DNA from: Utricularia gibba
Taxonomy: Eukaryota > Plantae > Magnoliophyta
Length of the DNA: 64,000 nucleotides
NCBI GenBank assembly: GCA_002189035.1
Contig: NEEC01000020.1
Coordinates: 1,798,001-1,862,000, forward strand
Direction of reading: 5' to 3'
Part shown: in pieces, positions 60,611 to 64,000 of the stretch
Position numbering within the stretch: the stretch's first letter is position 1
Layout of the letters: the number at the start of each line of letters is the position of its first letter
Made by a program: the position numbers and the translations under genes
The notes under the pieces: model-generated
Told to the model about the DNA's origin: nothing
What the model saw: the letters and a program-made list of their open reading frames with translations, nothing else
The model's database searches: none

Positions 60611-63369
60611 TATTATATGTGCATTTTATTTGTTAGAATGAGCAGCAGAAGTCAAATGAAAAATGAGGAGGGCGATGTTCTAAATGACTTTTGAGTTAAT
60701 TCTTTTTCTTCAAGCATCAGAATGTGATTGTATCAGATTTTTATTTTACTCTACATCCATTCACTCTCGGTTGGAATGAGTTCCGTACTAACTTTTACAT
60801 TCTCATTTTAATTTCTTTCTACAAGTAATAGATGAAATTATCTTTCTGCCCACAGTTTTCTTAATTCATTAAAAAAACTTGAAAACCCTGAGAAATTCAC
60901 ATCCTGATCCACGTGGAACCGAGGGTTCTAAACTGTGAACCATCGTTTTTGTTTTAAAATATTCAAAATACTCATTAAATATATACCAAATCATTCACCA
61001 GTCATATTTTTTTTTTAAAAAAACATTAACAAACTACAAATATTTATAAATGATCATGAATAATTTTTTAGTTAATATTGCATGATTAAAATAAGATTAA
61101 AAAATATAAAGCATGTTACCTGAAAATAAATAGATAAATTTTCAAAAGACACCCACATGCACTGCTGTGGATGTCGAAAATACTTAATCTAGCCACCCAT
61201 ATGACCTATCCTAGGAGCCTACAAATATTTTTCTATTTTAATTTTATATTTCAAATCAATTCTTAATCTATGACCCATATGACCTATCCTAGTTTTTTTT
61301 AATTTAAATTTGTATAGAGTATTTCTCTTGAGTACTAAGGACACCTGGGACCAATTATGGGCACCCATAACGACTGTTAAAAACGTTTAGAAACTCTTCT
61401 ACAAAATCGAGATTCATTCTCAGGTACCCATATGAGCTTTAGATTCATGGCATCATTCATTTAAATGGAAACTGTTCGGTTTCAGTTTCAATTCGATTCA
61501 AGGTTTCATAATCTGATTTCAAAACAAAATTAGAATCTAAAGTCTACAGAAAACTGGGGTTTATAAACCGATGATTCGAGAAAATCGTTTGGTTCCTTTC
61601 ACGAATAGTCAAGTGTTTAACATTCAAGTGGTTGACGAATAGTCGGATAAAAGTTTTGAAAGCCATTGTTAATAAAACCATTGTATTTAGTGTAGCCTGT
61701 ATTTGGATACATTTGCAAAAGATATCAAAAGACATTTTGGTAAATGAGATTTTATTATTAGGATGAAAATGTCATTTATATTGTTATTAAATTTACATTC
61801 TCTTTCTCAAGTAGAGCATATTATATAAGCATTTTACTTCCTAAAATAAGAAAGAGAATGAATTTTTATTACTTTCATTCTAAGAAGAAGTAAAATTAAA
61901 AATTAGAATGAGATTAAAACATCCTTTTATCTTGAGTGAAAATTTCTTTTATTAATTTACTTAGTTAATTTATTACTGACCACATCATTCCACATCATAA
62001 AGGATTAGACTATTCTATGTTACAAAACCTATCTAAAAAATAAGAGAATGAAAAAATATAAAAAAGACATGTTCTTTGTGGGTATTCCGATATTCCCTAT
62101 ATTTACTCAGGTCTAGTAGAATCATTTGCACTAAACAATACGAGATGCCAGGGTACATTGGTCTAGGATTCCTAATTGCCCGTTTAGCTGTAACTATTGA
62201 ATGGTTCCGAGGACGAAGTGAATGCAATCAATGGGAAACGATTACTTAATTACAGCATATTTTGTAGTAATTGTGTTGAATGCGAGCTTTTTACTTACGG
62301 CCGGTTCTACATTTGAATTATAATCAAATGGCTCTGAGGCGGTCATGGGTGTCAATAACTGATGATTGGAGAATTCATACAAAATAACAAATCTAAAACC
62401 CATGTTTTATAAAACTTGAAAAAAGAGAGGTACGTGACAAGAATATTATTTTCATTTTGTTTTGAAATCCATTTCTATTCGAAAATAATGATTACACAAT
62501 CCAAATCTTTATATTAATTTTTCAAAATTATTTTTAAATTTTTATCTTATTCATGAATTTTGTAGCGAATATTCATCCTTTGATAGATTATTGGTCTTAG
62601 ATTCATGCCCTATCAAATCTTTAAATTGGAAGGTTTTGACTTCTACATAAATTGACTTAAAAATATCTTAAAAAATTTATAAAATATATTTTCTTTTCGA
62701 AAAAATCCAAAGATATATAAAATGTAAAATCAATTGAAAATAATGAGAACGTAGTATGTATGATAAATAAAAATAATATTCAAGAATAATAATAAAATAA
62801 TGTGTTTCAAAAAGATATAGAATCACTTATCAAGAATATTAATTTATGTCAAAATTATTTCGGAATCTATTTTTATAGTTTTTCAGAATAAATACAATTT
62901 ATTTTTTCTTCTATCAAAAGTAGAAACATGTGTATAAAATTTTCCATAACATTTATTTAGTTATTTTAAAATTATTTATTTATCTATTCTAAAAATAATA
63001 CGGATAATAATGTTTCACATAAAGCTGCGTATCTTAATATTATCATACTTAGGTGCATTATTAGCCATTCCGATTGAAGAGAAAGAGACTACTTTTAAAA
63101 GACTCTGAAGTAGCAAATTCCAATGTAAAAATAGCACTTTTCCCAATCGTGTTGCTTAAAATATTTTTTAATTTTTGAAATATGGAATTATGTGAATCGG
63201 AGACAAACTTAATGAAAAAAAAAGGATTATCTATTAATATAAATTACTTAGTGGAAAAAGTCTCAAATTAATCCAACGGAAGATTAATAATCCTATTATG
63301 GATGACCATACTATTTTCAATATGAGTTTTAATCCTGTTAGTGGTGTAATACCAGTTTTATAATTTCAC

Positions 63370-64000
63370 TTTGTGGGAGTTTTAACTATTGAAAATTTAT
63401 CATATTTAACTATGCTGCTTGGGCATTCATAAGTTCGAAGGGCACCTCAATGAACTTGTGGTGCAGTATCGTATGTTGACAGTGGTCCTTGTAGTGTCAT
63501 TTTCCCACATTCTCAGTTGCTGGGTATCCTCATCTCCTAACATGTTGGAGTACACGGATATTCCTTGTGGGTGATCAAACAAGTCGAGTAGCAATTCCTC
63601 ATAGTTAACCCAATTCAATTTCCGATAGTATATAATAAGTAACACGAGTGCTTACATAGGAGTCACTCGGCCTTGTAAATTTTTTCTCTAGTACATTCTC
63701 TAGTTATAAACTAAGCTCCTTCTCCTTGACAGGTGCCATCCGGTATGGTATCTTGACGATAAGTTCATTGCCCATTACCAACCAAATTTCAACTCGATTT
63801 CTCATTCCTGCATATGTCCAAAGAGTTCTTCACGAAGCATGTCATTGAATTCGAACATAGGTGCTTCCACCTTGACCCATCGGGTTGTTGCCTAAGTGAC
63901 TATGTGTGCCATCAAGTGGAACATAATATGTTTGCTAGTCCCTTTCTCCAGCCTTCTTACATTCTGTTGTTCTTGTTGTAATATTTAATTATTGAAAGGA
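63370..64000 (-). mobile_element. Ty3/gypsy (chromovirus-like) pol remnant, RT N-terminus
   Basis: LDLFDHPQGISVYS...QQLRMWENDTTRT and VPFELMNAQAA match LPRIDDLFDQLQGASVFSK...YHQLRIREEDIPKT...MPFGLTNAPAAF. Confidence 0.75.

Larger units (their letters stand above)
51050..62200 (+). repeat. Tandem macro-repeat (about 2.2-2.8 kb period) of Myb/SANT-like pseudogene plus palindrome array
   Basis: Recurring anchors: TTTAGCAAG (51350, 54100, 57990); TGATGAACATC (51505, 54250, 58145); Myb 5' block (52940, 55340, 57300, 60210); TTGGAT...GCAGAAGAAATTAAGG (55540, 57660, 60520). Confidence 0.9.

Noticed and set aside
62340-63350. AT-rich stretch with MITE-like texture
   Set aside because: Could not identify a TIR pair or TSD.

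Overview
AT-rich flowering-plant nuclear DNA that is mostly transposable-element debris. It contains one intact host gene, an intronless L-type lectin receptor kinase (5421-7397, minus strand). The rest is nested Ty3/gypsy (Athila-type and chromovirus-like) and Ty1/copia remnants, including five solo LTRs with verifiable target-site duplications. There are also MITE/MULE-like elements, old plastid insertions (psbB, ndhD) and a 94-bp 18S rDNA fragment. Two structures stand out. (1) An ~11-kb tandem array (about 51050-62200, with a dispersed copy at 26200-27780) in which each unit is a decayed PIF/Harbinger-type Myb/SANT gene, usually followed by ~0.8 kb of ~30-bp palindromes spaced by A/T tracts. 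(2) A pol-less Athila-like element (about 9300-13620) carrying 11 perfect copies of the palindrome TTGCGCAA, with the 18S fragment in or beside its 5' LTR. All assignments come from manual reading and recalled family motifs; no database searches were run. TE boundaries without a stated TSD are approximate.
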